Assembly (NCBI GenBank): GCA_963837955.1
Contig: CAWIPH010000002.1
Coordinates: 4,928,001 to 4,992,000 of the forward strand
Reading direction: 5' to 3'
Origin: an uncultured Verrucomicrobiae bacterium
GTDB lineage: Bacteria > Verrucomicrobiota > Verrucomicrobiia > Chthoniobacterales > JAFAMB01
DNA: 64,000 nt
The notes under the pieces were generated by a model. The model did not search any database, was not told the origin of the DNA, and worked only from the letters and a program-made list of their open reading frames with translations. Numbering within the stretch: position 1 is the first letter of the stretch; the number at the start of each line of letters is the position of its first letter. A program made the position numbers and the translations under genes. Positions 1-9,596 of this stretch are shown one piece after another.

Positions 1-46
1 TGCAAAGGAAATATCCGAAACACGAGTGGCGGTAGGCTGTCGATTT

Positions 47-213
47 GTGACGTAGCCTGATGCTCCAGCCTCAGGAAGACACACTCGGTAGCGCGGATTG
101 TCCCGTTACGCTGAGAGTCAACCGTTTCCTTAAACCCGAGCGGTCGGTCGAGCCCGATCTCGAAGTGCCGAAGGGAGGTGTGTTCCTGAGGCAGGAGCAT
201 CAGGCCACGTCAC
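47..213. repeat. Long fold-back element (31-bp terminal inverted repeat, structured interior); MITE/REP-like or ncRNA
   Basis: 47-77 gtgacgtagcctgatgctccagcctcaggaa is the reverse complement of 183-213 at 29/31 positions; cacac/gtgtg and tcggta/tgccga extend the stem; two inner hairpins. Confidence 0.8.
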
Positions 214-216
214 TGA

Positions 217-1128
217 TCACTTCGAATTCTCCCTCCACGGCTTATTCATCTGGTAGGATTGCAGGCGGCGCTGATAGTAAGGAATGTCTTCCGAGTCGCC
301 GGACAAGATCGCTTTCCCCTCCCATTTCTGTGCGAGCGCGAAATTGCCCTGTTCGGCATAGGCTGCGGCGAGAACATCCAGTATCGTCGCGTCCTTCTCA
401 TTGGAAAACTTGGCCGCCTCGGCGGCCAAAGTCACGGCATTCGTTCCGTTCCGAATCTGGGCGTCGCTTGCCGTTGCATAGATCCAGGCAGCTCCGGCTC
501 GGCTGAACGGATCGCGCGGCGAAGTGTTAGCGGCGTCAATGAAAGTACTGATCGCTGCGCTTTTTTGTCCCAGCCGGCTGAGCGCGTTTGCTTTCAGAAC
601 CTTGAGCTGTGCTAAATTCCCCCGGTTAGCGTCGCCGTTATTCGTCCGAATCGCTTGGTCGACTGCATCGATCACATCCTTTGGACGGTTGAGGTTGGCC
701 GCAGCCGCCGCCCTGGCTGCCTGCAGCCACCAACGTTCGGGGTGTTGTTTCACCGATTTCGTGGAGAGTTTGTATGCGTCTTTCCACAACGAATTGCCAA
801 AGTAAGTTCCTAGGGTGCTTGCCTCCGCCTTTTCTTCGGGAGTAAATTTATGCCCGGGCGGAAAGATCTCTTCAAAGGTCTGTTCGCGTGCGGGTCCCTG
901 GCTTTTTTTGGCGGCCCGATGCTTGGTGAGCGACTTATGTTTGGAGCTGGACTTCTTCGTGTCCCCACTAGGGTTCTGTTTCTTTGTCAAAAAAAGAGAA
1001 GATCTGGTTGGACTCGGCGTATCACCGCCACGGGAAGGTGGTTGAGCCAGTGCCGGCTGCAGCACCAATCCACTAAGCAGCCAAAATGCACTCGTGATTT
1101 TCGTGAAACGCTTTCGCCTTGCAATCAT
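217..1128 (-). CDS. Secreted tetratricopeptide-repeat (TPR) protein
   Basis: Signal peptide (..QPALA), Lys/Ser-rich linker, TPR-like helices ending AWIYAT...LDVLAAAYAEQGNFALA. Confidence 0.8.
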   Translation of the reverse strand: MIARRKRFTKITSAFWLLSGLVLQPALAQPPSRGGDTPSPTRSSLFLTKKQNPSGDTKKSSSKHKSLTKHRAAKKSQGPAREQTFEEIFPPGHKFTPEEKAEASTLGTYFGNSLWKDAYKLSTKSVKQHPERWWLQAARAAAAANLNRPKDVIDAVDQAIRTNNGDANRGNLAQLKVLKANALSRLGQKSAAISTFIDAANTSPRDPFSRAGAAWIYATASDAQIRNGTNAVTLAAEAAKFSNEKDATILDVLAAAYAEQGNFALAQKWEGKAILSGDSEDIPYYQRRLQSYQMNKPWRENSK

Positions 1129-1418
1129 TTAAAAGTAGCACCCGTTGAACTTCTCTTCTCGCACGCTCATTCATTGGCACTCGTGACTGGTAAATCAACC
1201 ATCGAGAACCGTAGACCTAAGCACGTCCGGAAGCACGCGCAGCTGAAAAAATGCGTTCCGGCCATCAGTTTGGTGTGATCGCATCTCGCAAGTGCGGCGG
1301 TGCACGAGTTAGGAAAAACGACTCACGGGGGGTGACGGCTCAAATGTGACTTACAGTTCTACTTGCGCCACCACTTTTCCTGATTTTCTTATATCCTCAA
1401 TCCATACAAGGAGGGGTT

Positions 1419-2414
1419 ATGATTGCGGTAGACTCGATTAGGAATGTCACAGTCGACGACAGACTGAGAGGCGCAGTCTGGGGCCAATTCGTGGGCGACG
1501 CGGCAGCTCTCGGGACCCATTGGATCTACGATCTCGAAGAACTTCGTTCAAAATTTCCATCGGGCGTGGTTGGGTTCGAGACTCCGCGGGAAGGACATTA
1601 TCATTTCGGGAAGAAGCCGGGCGACCAGACTCATTATGGTGATGGTGCTCTGGTCCTTCTGGAATCGGTCGCTTCCCACGGAGGGTTCGACGCGAAGGTG
1701 TTCGGGGAGGCTTTTGTCCGGACGTTCGAACCGAACACCTACTCCGGTTACTTAGATCAGGCGACGAAAGGAACGCTTGAGAATTTTCAAGCTTTCCGCT
1801 CCGCAAATCCGGACCAAGAGTTTGACTTCCAACAGGGAGCCGATGATGAGCAGCCGGCAGCAGCTTCTCGCATTGCCAGTGTGGTCGTCCGCTACTGGCG
1901 GAATCCAGAACTGCTGGACGTGGTTAAAGCGGCTACCCGGGTTTGCCAAAATAATGAGCGATCGATCGCGTATATGCAGTTCCACGCGCTTCTCTTGCTG
2001 GACCTTTTGAGAGGAAGAGACGTTCACAACGCGCTGGAACAGGCGCAAAAAGAGTTCGCCGCGGTCGACCGAGAATTCTGGCCGGAGATCCGATCTAAGA
2101 GCCAAGGAGCCCGGGAGGAAACGCTCAATGATGTCACGGAAGCGACTCAAACATTTGGTCAAGCTTGCCCGCTGGGACAAAGCTTCCCGTCAGCTCTACA
2201 CGCATTTTTGAAACACACAGACGATTTTGAGACCTGCATACTTGCTACGATTCGAGCTGGCGGCGACAACGCTGGTCGGGCAGCGATGCTAGGATCCTGG
2301 CTCGGCGCTCATCTGGGGATCGAGGCGATTCCGCGCGAATGGATGAATCGTTTGACGGCCGCACCGCGAATCAATAGGGCACTAGACAAGATTCTGCTCG
2401 ACCAAGCCCGGTGA
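1419..2414 (+). CDS. ADP-ribosylglycohydrolase family protein
   Basis: GAVWGQFVGDAAALG N-terminal motif and GGDNAGRAAMLGSWLGAHLGIEAIP C-terminal motif; aggagg SD upstream. Confidence 0.9.
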   Translation: MIAVDSIRNVTVDDRLRGAVWGQFVGDAAALGTHWIYDLEELRSKFPSGVVGFETPREGHYHFGKKPGDQTHYGDGALVLLESVASHGGFDAKVFGEAFVRTFEPNTYSGYLDQATKGTLENFQAFRSANPDQEFDFQQGADDEQPAAASRIASVVVRYWRNPELLDVVKAATRVCQNNERSIAYMQFHALLLLDLLRGRDVHNALEQAQKEFAAVDREFWPEIRSKSQGAREETLNDVTEATQTFGQACPLGQSFPSALHAFLKHTDDFETCILATIRAGGDNAGRAAMLGSWLGAHLGIEAIPREWMNRLTAAPRINRALDKILLDQAR

Positions 2415-2435
2415 GCAGCGGAGCGATGACCAATC

Positions 2436-2545
2436 GGGAGGGCGCGCAGCCTGTCCGACATAGCCTTTCGGAGGCCCGGTGCAGAATGCTTGAGCGCGAC
2501 GTCGGATCCTCGCGCGCCGCGGATCGCGAGGACGCGATCCCTCCC
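2436..2545. repeat. REP-like palindromic element between convergent genes
   Basis: gggaggg...ccctccc outer arms; inner hairpin tcctcgcg-N10-cgcgagga at 2507-2532. Confidence 0.55.
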
Positions 2546-2548
2546 CCC

Positions 2549-3760
2549 TTATTTCCCGTAACGGCCGAAAGAATAGCCTCGGCTCGTCCGAAACCCTTTG
2601 ACCGGGCGGAGCGGCCTCTTTCCTTCGTCGAAAAGAGCTGTGTAGACATAATCAAACCCATCCAATCTCAGGCGCGGGACTTTTTGATTGATGAATCTTT
2701 CGATGTCGGTCATCGCCTTAAGTTCCTCGGCGGTAACCAAAGTAAACGCGTCTCCGGATTGTTCGGCGCGCCCGGTGCGGCCGATGCGGTGGACGTAATC
2801 TTCCGGGTGGAGCGGGATGTCGTAATTCATGACGTGGGTGACGCCGGCAATGTCCAGGCCACGCGCAGCGATATCGGTCGCCACCAGAACTTCGTATTTG
2901 CCGCTCTTAAAGCCCGCTAGCGCGGCCGTGCGTTCACTTTGCTTGCGATCCGAGTGCAAGACCGTGACCGAATGGTTGAGAGCCTTCAGACGATCGGAAA
3001 TTTCATCGGCTGCCTGTTTGGTTCGAGTGAACACTATCACGCTCTCGTAATGCGTCTGCTCCAGAAGTGAGACCAGCAGATCGAATTTTTGAGCGACCGC
3101 CACCGGATAAAATGCGTGGGTAACAGTTTCGGCCGCAGCCTGACGAACACCAATCTCGACAATCTCCGGATCCCGTAAAACCCACGAAGAGAGCGATTCG
3201 ATCTCCGGCGGGATCGTGGCAGAAAATAGGAGTGTCTGGCGGTCGGTTGGACAGAGTTTAACGATCCTTTTGACGTCGGGCAAAAATCCCATGTCGAGCA
3301 TGCGATCGACCTCATCTAGAACCAAGATCTCGATCTGACTCAGGCTAAGTAACCCTTGTTGTTGTAGATCGAGCAAGCGTCCGGGCGTAGCGACCACGAC
3401 ATCGACTCCAAATTTGATCAACTTCTTTTGGCGATCATAACCGACGCCACCGTAGACGACGCCAATCTCGATTTCAGTGAAGCGCGCGTAGTACTGAAAA
3501 GCGGTTTCAACCTGAACCGCTAGCTCGCGCGTAGGCTCGAGAATAAGGCACCGCGGACCCCTACGCTCCTTGAGCCGGGATAAGATTGGAAGAGCAAATG
3601 CAGCCGTCTTTCCCGTGCCGGTTTGGGCGGATCCGATCACGTCCCGGCCCTGCAGGATCAATGGAATGCAGCGCTCCTGAATCGGCGTGGGTTCGACAAA
3701 ACCCAAAGATTGCACCCCGTGTACCACCGCGTCCATCAATCCCATTTCTTGGAAACTCAT
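2549..3760 (-). CDS. DEAD-box RNA helicase (RhlE-like)
   Basis: Q motif PTPIQ, AQTGTGKT, PTRELA, DEVD, SAT, ARGLD, HRIGRTGR. Confidence 0.95.
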   Translation of the reverse strand: MSFQEMGLMDAVVHGVQSLGFVEPTPIQERCIPLILQGRDVIGSAQTGTGKTAAFALPILSRLKERRGPRCLILEPTRELAVQVETAFQYYARFTEIEIGVVYGGVGYDRQKKLIKFGVDVVVATPGRLLDLQQQGLLSLSQIEILVLDEVDRMLDMGFLPDVKRIVKLCPTDRQTLLFSATIPPEIESLSSWVLRDPEIVEIGVRQAAAETVTHAFYPVAVAQKFDLLVSLLEQTHYESVIVFTRTKQAADEISDRLKALNHSVTVLHSDRKQSERTAALAGFKSGKYEVLVATDIAARGLDIAGVTHVMNYDIPLHPEDYVHRIGRTGRAEQSGDAFTLVTAEELKAMTDIERFINQKVPRLRLDGFDYVYTALFDEGKRPLRPVKGFRTSRGYSFGRYGK

Positions 3761-3882
3761 TTTGACCTTGAATTAACGGGTATTCGCGACAAAGCGCAAA
3801 TGGCTTGCGTGACCCGGGGCCGGCCGATTCCCTTTCTCGGCAAAACTTTGCGTTCGGCGCGGTTTCAAAGTATGCGAAGTAA

Positions 3883-4311
3883 GTGACCAAAATAGTCTTG
3901 TTCATCTGCACCGGAAATTTCTACCGGAGCCGATTTGCGGAAGCTGTCTTTAACTATCACGCTTCGCAAACAGGCCTTCCTTGGAAGGCAATTTCTCGCG
4001 GGTTAGCCATTCATTGGGCTACTGGTCCACTCTCGCCTTACACCGCTGGCGCCCTTTCCGTCCGTCGCATTCCGTTCCACCATACCTCCCCAGACCGAAC
4101 GCAATTGAGTGAGAGTGATTTGAAGTCGGCCGACCTCCGGATTGTGATGGATCGCGCCGAGCATTTTGCAATGATGCAGGATCAATTTCCCCTTTGGACC
4201 GAGCAGGTCGAGTACTGGGAGGTACCGGATCTGCCGATTAACCAGCCCGAGGTAGCGTTCCCCGCGATCGAAGGAAAGGTACTAGAATTGCTTGATCGGC
4301 TTGGCAAATGA
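3883..4311 (+). CDS. Low-molecular-weight protein-tyrosine phosphatase family protein
   Basis: N-terminal P-loop FICTGNFYRS (CX5R); GTG start; ATGA overlap with purC. Confidence 0.85.
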   Translation: MTKIVLFICTGNFYRSRFAEAVFNYHASQTGLPWKAISRGLAIHWATGPLSPYTAGALSVRRIPFHHTSPDRTQLSESDLKSADLRIVMDRAEHFAMMQDQFPLWTEQVEYWEVPDLPINQPEVAFPAIEGKVLELLDRLGK

Positions 4312-5180
4312 CTGCGGTCCTCAACGTTGAGATCCCCCGCGCAAAGAAGATCCGGAGCGGGAAGGTCCGCGAGCTGTTCGCCGCCGGCGAAGACGTGGTC
4401 ATCGTCGCTACGGATCGAATTTCAGCCTTCGATTGCATCCTGCCCCAAGGCATTCCTGACAAAGGCAAAGTCTTGACCCAACTTTCTGCCTTCTGGTTCC
4501 GCTACTTCAGCGATGTGCCAAGTCATTTTCTCTCGATCGACCTGCGTGAGTTTCCAGCTCCATTTGCTGAGTTTCCCGAACTACTTGCCGGTCGCTCGAT
4601 GCTGGTAAAACAAGCGGAACCTTTGCCGGTGGAGTGTGTCGTGCGAGGTTATTTAGCCGGTTCAGCTTGGAAAGAATATAAGGAAAAGGGCACGGTGGGC
4701 GGAATCCCTCAGCCCGCCGGGCTGACATTGGCCTCGCCTTTTGATACACCCCTCTTTACTCCGGCCAGGAAAGCGGATTCCGGCCATGATGAGAATCTCA
4801 CTTGGAAAGAGTTTGAAGAATCCGTGGGATCCGATCGGGCTACCAAATTGAGGGACCTGAGTATTTCGTTGTATCAGAGAGGAAGTCAGTACGCCGGCAA
4901 GAGGGGAATCATCATCGCTGATACGAAGTTCGAGTTCGGTATTCGCCACGACCAGATTCTGCTTATCGACGAATGTCTGACTCCCGATTCCTCTCGGTTC
5001 TGGCCGGCTTCCAGTTATGAAGTGGGCTCGAATCCGCCGAGCTACGATAAACAATTTGTTCGGGATTTTTTGGAATCAGTTGACTGGGATAAGCGAGCTC
5101 CGGCGCCAAAACTCCCGCCCGAGGTCGTTGAAAAGACGGTGCAAAAATATCGCGATGCGTTGGAAAACCTTACGCGATAG
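4308..5180 (+). CDS. purC: SAICAR synthetase
   Basis: SGKVRE, TDRISAFD, ECVVRGYLAGS, DTKFEFG, DECLTPDSSRFW, SYDKQFVR. Confidence 0.97.
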   Translation: MTAVLNVEIPRAKKIRSGKVRELFAAGEDVVIVATDRISAFDCILPQGIPDKGKVLTQLSAFWFRYFSDVPSHFLSIDLREFPAPFAEFPELLAGRSMLVKQAEPLPVECVVRGYLAGSAWKEYKEKGTVGGIPQPAGLTLASPFDTPLFTPARKADSGHDENLTWKEFEESVGSDRATKLRDLSISLYQRGSQYAGKRGIIIADTKFEFGIRHDQILLIDECLTPDSSRFWPASSYEVGSNPPSYDKQFVRDFLESVDWDKRAPAPKLPPEVVEKTVQKYRDALENLTR

Positions 5181-5240
5181 GGAATAGCGACTTTGCTCGC
5201 GCCCTTTTTTGTGCACTAGTTCCACTTACAATTCCACAAG

Positions 5241-6149
5241 ATGTTAGACCTCGAACGCTACCTTTCAAAAAAAAGTGGCTTTGACCTGGGCAAGGTTCTG
5301 GTAAAGCCCAGCAAGACCGTTTCATTGGCCCAGGATTTCGATCCCGACTATACCGGAGATTTCAAGGAGAAGGACGAAGCCGAAGCAATACTGCAGAGCA
5401 ACATCGAATTATTGAGGGAACAACAAGACATCTTGTATGCCAGCACTACTCGGTCGCTCCTCATTATCCTTCAAGCGCTGGACGCTGCCGGAAAAGACAG
5501 CACGATCAATCACGTCATGTCGGGCGTGAATCCACAAGGGTGCCAGGTCTATAGCTTCAAAAGCCCGTCGTCGGAAGAGCTACGTCACGATTATCTCTGG
5601 CGAACCAATAAATGCCTACCCGAACGCGGACGCATCGGTATCTTCAACCGTTCCTATTACGAGGAAGTGCTCGTGGTGCGCGTGCATCCGGACCTTTTGC
5701 TCAAAGAAAACCTGTCGTCCAAGGATATCGGACCACATCTGTGGAAGCGCCGCTTCGAGGAGATCAACAACTTCGAACGATATATCACCAACAATGGAAT
5801 CGTTGTGTTGAAGTTCTTTCTTTATGTCTCTCGAAAAGAGCAGAAGAAGCGTTTTTTGAGGAGGATTGAGCAGAAGGAGAAGAATTGGAAATTCTCGGCT
5901 GCTGATATTCGCGAGCGACAGTTCTGGGACAGGTACATGATCGCTTACGAAGAAGCGTTTTCTAACACGAGCACCTCCTGGGCCCCCTGGTTCATCGTAC
6001 CGGCAGATCACAAATGGTTCACTCGTCTTTGCGTTTCTCAGATCATCGTAGCTACGCTCAAGGCGTTGGATCTCAAGTATCCGAAGCCAACCAAAGAACA
6101 GCTTGAGGAGCTCGAAAAAGCTAAACAAGAGCTTCTAAAAGAAGATTAA
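5241..6149 (+). CDS. ppk2: Polyphosphate kinase 2 family (class III-like)
   Basis: QALDAAGKD Walker [33 protein letters not shown]. Confidence 0.93.
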   Translation: MLDLERYLSKKSGFDLGKVLVKPSKTVSLAQDFDPDYTGDFKEKDEAEAILQSNIELLREQQDILYASTTRSLLIILQALDAAGKDSTINHVMSGVNPQGCQVYSFKSPSSEELRHDYLWRTNKCLPERGRIGIFNRSYYEEVLVVRVHPDLLLKENLSSKDIGPHLWKRRFEEINNFERYITNNGIVVLKFFLYVSRKEQKKRFLRRIEQKEKNWKFSAADIRERQFWDRYMIAYEEAFSNTSTSWAPWFIVPADHKWFTRLCVSQIIVATLKALDLKYPKPTKEQLEELEKAKQELLKED

Positions 6150-7306
6150 TGGGATTTAAACTGCTTTCGACCGATTTGGTGACCCGAGCCCGAAGAGGTC
6201 AACTGCACACCCGGCACGGTGTCATTGAGACCCCGGTATTCATGCCGGTCGGCACTCAAGCGACGGTCAAGGCCACAACGCCCGCTGAACTCCGCGAAGT
6301 TGGGGCTCAGGTTATTCTCGGCAACACCTACCATCTTTTTCTACGCCCCGGACTGGAGATTATCCGCGATTTAGGCGGCCTACATCGCTTCATGAATTGG
6401 AATTTGCCGATTCTGACCGACAGCGGAGGGTTCCAAGTCTTTTCCCTCGCAAAATTGCGGCGTATTACCGAAGAGGGAGTTCACTTCAACAATCATCTCG
6501 ATGGTTCGCCCTGCTTCCTGAGCCCGGAGATCGCAATGCAAATACAGCTGACGCTCGGCTCCGACATCGCGATGGTATTTGACGAGTGTCCCCCTTACCC
6601 GTGCGAGCAGGAATATGCTTCGGCTAGCCTCGATCGGACGTTGCGCTGGGCTGAACGATGCCGGAACTGGATGAGCAAACAACCGGTTGGCCAACGTCCT
6701 CTGACGTTTGGTATCGTCCAGGGAGCTGTTTATCACGATCTTCGAGAACGTAGTGCACGCTCTTTAGTGGAGCTGGATTTTGATGGCTATGCCGTCGGCG
6801 GTGTCAGCGTTGGCGAGCCAGAAGAGGAAATGATGAGAGCGATCGATAATAGCGAGCGTTTTCTTCCGGCCCATAAGCCCCGCTACGCCATGGGACTAGG
6901 GACGCCTTCACAGATCGTCGAAATGGTCGCCCGAGGAATCGATATGTTCGACTGCGTCTTACCGACCCGCTTAGCCAGGAACGGCACCGCGTTTACCGCT
7001 CGCGGCACGATGAACCTGAAAAATAACCCCTATCGCGCCGATCCCCGACCTATCGAAGAGGGCTGCGGATGCTCCACCTGCCAGCTGTTCTCCAGGGCAT
7101 ACATCCGACACCTCATTAAGGCAGAAGAGATTTTGGGATTGCGTCTGATTACGATTCACAATCTCCATTTCTATATTCATCTGATGGCGCTAATCAGAGC
7201 GGCTCTGGAAGATGGTACGTTTGCCCAATTTCGCGAACAATTCGTCGCGAACTACGTTAAACACGAGCCGAAAACCTCTGAGGAAGAGTCCAGGTTAAGC
7301 GGTTGA
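6149..7306 (+). CDS. tgt: tRNA-guanine transglycosylase
   Basis: [38 protein letters not shown], CxCxxC zinc site, HNL. Confidence 0.97.
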   Translation: MGFKLLSTDLVTRARRGQLHTRHGVIETPVFMPVGTQATVKATTPAELREVGAQVILGNTYHLFLRPGLEIIRDLGGLHRFMNWNLPILTDSGGFQVFSLAKLRRITEEGVHFNNHLDGSPCFLSPEIAMQIQLTLGSDIAMVFDECPPYPCEQEYASASLDRTLRWAERCRNWMSKQPVGQRPLTFGIVQGAVYHDLRERSARSLVELDFDGYAVGGVSVGEPEEEMMRAIDNSERFLPAHKPRYAMGLGTPSQIVEMVARGIDMFDCVLPTRLARNGTAFTARGTMNLKNNPYRADPRPIEEGCGCSTCQLFSRAYIRHLIKAEEILGLRLITIHNLHFYIHLMALIRAALEDGTFAQFREQFVANYVKHEPKTSEEESRLSG

Positions 7307-7399
7307 TAACTGCGTAAAGATCGACTTCCGCAAAGCCGGCTTTTTTCAGAGCGATGCGAGTTTCCAGAACGTTGACCGTTAGGATAGATTCGGTCGCAC

Positions 7400-7873
7400 A
7401 TGAAATGGATATTGCTGCTCTCATTTCTTTTGTCTTCTTCCGGATCTTTAGTCGCCCAGGACGCTGGCAACGACGGCAAGATCATGCTCACGGTCATTCT
7501 CCGGCATGACCAGAGTAAGACGTTGGACGAAATTGATGATCACCTGGCCAAGACAGGTTTTATTAAGAATTTTCCGCCCGACGGCGTTGAGATCGTGTCT
7601 TACCGGATAGTAATGGGCATCGGGCACATCATTACGCTCCGGCTTCCGCCCGAGAAATTGCGCGAGGTAAACGTAGCCTTTGAGAAGGGTGCCTGGGGTG
7701 CGTTTCGAACCGAATTTTATCCCACTTACGACTATCTTCAGATCTTCAATGATCTGAAACAGAAGTCGCCGGCGCCGGAAAAGACTCCTAGCGAACAAAA
7801 GAGACCGTCTCCGGAAAACTCTCCGACTCCGACGGCAACGCCAAAACGATCGATCCACCACCGAAGTTCATAA
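7400..7873 (+). CDS. Conserved secreted hypothetical protein with Pro/Ser/Thr tail
   Basis: Signal peptide; globular core (LRHDQSKTL..FPPDGVEIVS..MGIG..WGAFRTEFYPTYDY); low-complexity tail. Confidence 0.75.
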   Translation: MKWILLLSFLLSSSGSLVAQDAGNDGKIMLTVILRHDQSKTLDEIDDHLAKTGFIKNFPPDGVEIVSYRIVMGIGHIITLRLPPEKLREVNVAFEKGAWGAFRTEFYPTYDYLQIFNDLKQKSPAPEKTPSEQKRPSPENSPTPTATPKRSIHHRSS

Positions 7874-7886
7874 ACGAATCAATCTA

Positions 7887-7915
7887 TTGACAACCAGGAC
7901 CTTCGAGCGGAGTCT
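7887..7915 (+). promoter_or_regulatory. Putative sigma70 promoter of rpoZ-smpB
   Basis: Perfect TTGACA, 17-bp spacer, GAGTCT. Confidence 0.45.
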
Positions 7916-7966
7916 CTGCATTCCGTCGAATGGTAAGGCGAGAAAAGGGTTCCTGTTAACTCACCT

Positions 7967-8182
7967 ATGTCCAGTCATCTCCTCGAAGAAGCATCGAAAG
8001 TAATTCCTAATACTGCAGTTCTGGTAAATCTAGTCTCCAAGAGGGTCCGTCAACTCACCAACGGGCAAAAGCCGATGGTTGAGGTCGGGCCGCGCATGTC
8101 GAACGCAGACATCGCGTTACAAGAAATTATTGAGGGAAGTCTGACATACGAGTACCTGACCGAAAATAACAGCGGCGGGTAA
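7967..8182 (+). CDS. rpoZ: RNA polymerase omega subunit
   Basis: 71 aa, LVNLVSKRVRQL...IALQEIIEG pattern. Confidence 0.88.
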   Translation: MSSHLLEEASKVIPNTAVLVNLVSKRVRQLTNGQKPMVEVGPRMSNADIALQEIIEGSLTYEYLTENNSGG

Positions 8183-8200
8183 TCAGCTGTAAACAGCTCA

Positions 8201-8668
8201 GTGGCTATGATCGCGGATATCGTCTCGAATCGACGAGCTTATCATAGCTACCAGATCTTGGAGAAACTGGAGGCAGGTCTCGTTCTCACCGGGACCGAGA
8301 TCAAGTCGATCCGAGCCGGATTAGCGAATCTCAACAATGCTTTCGCTCGCGTCGAAAAGGGAGGCGTCTACCTCCACGACTCCGATATTCAGCCGTACGT
8401 GCGCGCGAGCCATACCCAACATGACCCGAAGCGGCCTCGTAAGCTCCTCCTACACAAATCAGAGATTCAACGATTGTTTGAGGCGACCTCCGTCAAAGGT
8501 CAAACCCTGGTTGCGCTCCGTCTTTATTGGAAAGATCATCGAGTGAAGCTGGAACTCGGCATTGGGCGCGGAAAGACGCATGGCGATAAGCGAGAAGATC
8601 TCAAAGAAAAGGCCATTAAGCGGGAAGTCGGCCGGGCTGTTGATTCATTCAATCGCGAACGGGGGTAG
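8201..8668 (+). CDS. smpB: SsrA-binding protein
   Basis: NRRAYHSY, EAGLVLTGTEIKSIR, RKLLLHKSEI, GK..DKRE. Confidence 0.97.
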   Translation: MAMIADIVSNRRAYHSYQILEKLEAGLVLTGTEIKSIRAGLANLNNAFARVEKGGVYLHDSDIQPYVRASHTQHDPKRPRKLLLHKSEIQRLFEATSVKGQTLVALRLYWKDHRVKLELGIGRGKTHGDKREDLKEKAIKREVGRAVDSFNRERG

Positions 8669-8914
8669 AGGGGTGATACCTTGGTTGGTTGGACGTACAC
8701 GTCCTTGCTGGTAGACGCGGGCGTCAAGGTGGCGAGTTAAGCTCTGTTTGGCCATGCAGGTTGAGGGAAACTGTTGGGATGTGGCATCTCAACCGCCACC
8801 CAGGCAGAATTGGGTTGCTCACTCCCGGCCATTTTGTTAGGCACAAACGAAGGTCTTTTCGGCCCGATACCCACCCCGGCCGCGCTGACTTCATCACCCT
8901 CCCTCTCCCCCCTT

Positions 8915-9520
8915 ATGCCTACTCCATGGAAAGTGGCCGGATCCTACTTTGAGGCCTGTAACTGCGAGGTAGCCTGCCCGTGCGTATTTACGAGCCCGCC
9001 TACGAGCGGGGAATGCACTGTCTTGGTCGCCTGGCACATCGAACAAGGCCGCTTTGGAGAGATCGATCTGGACGGACTCAACGCCGTGCTTGCAGCCCAT
9101 TCCCCCGGCCACATGCTGGAGGGCAAATGGAAAGTCGCCTTGTATGTGGATGAACGGGCAAACCAAAGTCAGCAGGACGCCTTGACCCAAATCTTCTCCG
9201 GCCAGGCCGGCGGGCATTTGGCGAATCTGGCCCCGCTGATCGACCAAGTCCTTGGAGTGAAGGCCGCGCCGATTGAGTTCCGTTCAGAGGGAAAACAACG
9301 CAGCTTACATCTCGGCGACGTGGCCGTCGCGGAGATTGAAGGACTGTCTGGACAGAATGGTAGTGACGTGACGATCGCTAGCCATCCCTTTACCGCAGTT
9401 CCAGGCTTTCCAGCCGTCGTGGCGAAATCCAAACAAATGAGCTTCAGTGATTATGGCTTGAAGTGGGAGGTGTCGAACAAGAATGGATTCTTCTCGCCGT
9501 TCGCTTACCAGTCTGCGTGA
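8915..9520 (+). CDS. DUF1326 family protein (Cys-rich, putative metal-binding)
   Basis: W..GSYFEACNCEVACPC...GEC motif, LYVDERA..Q..AL..IFSG.AGG; ATG at 8915 preferred over upstream TTG. Confidence 0.85.
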   Translation: MPTPWKVAGSYFEACNCEVACPCVFTSPPTSGECTVLVAWHIEQGRFGEIDLDGLNAVLAAHSPGHMLEGKWKVALYVDERANQSQQDALTQIFSGQAGGHLANLAPLIDQVLGVKAAPIEFRSEGKQRSLHLGDVAVAEIEGLSGQNGSDVTIASHPFTAVPGFPAVVAKSKQMSFSDYGLKWEVSNKNGFFSPFAYQSA

Positions 9521-9596
9521 ACCGGCTCGTCCGCGAGTCAGATACAAGTGTTGAATTGTGTCATTGCGCGGATCTTCGTCTGAGATCCTGCTGGTG

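Noticed and set aside
8669..8910. tmRNA or SRP RNA downstream of smpB
   Set aside because: No GGTTCRA T-loop, CCA end or tag peptide; no CAGG..GRAA..AGCAG SRP motif
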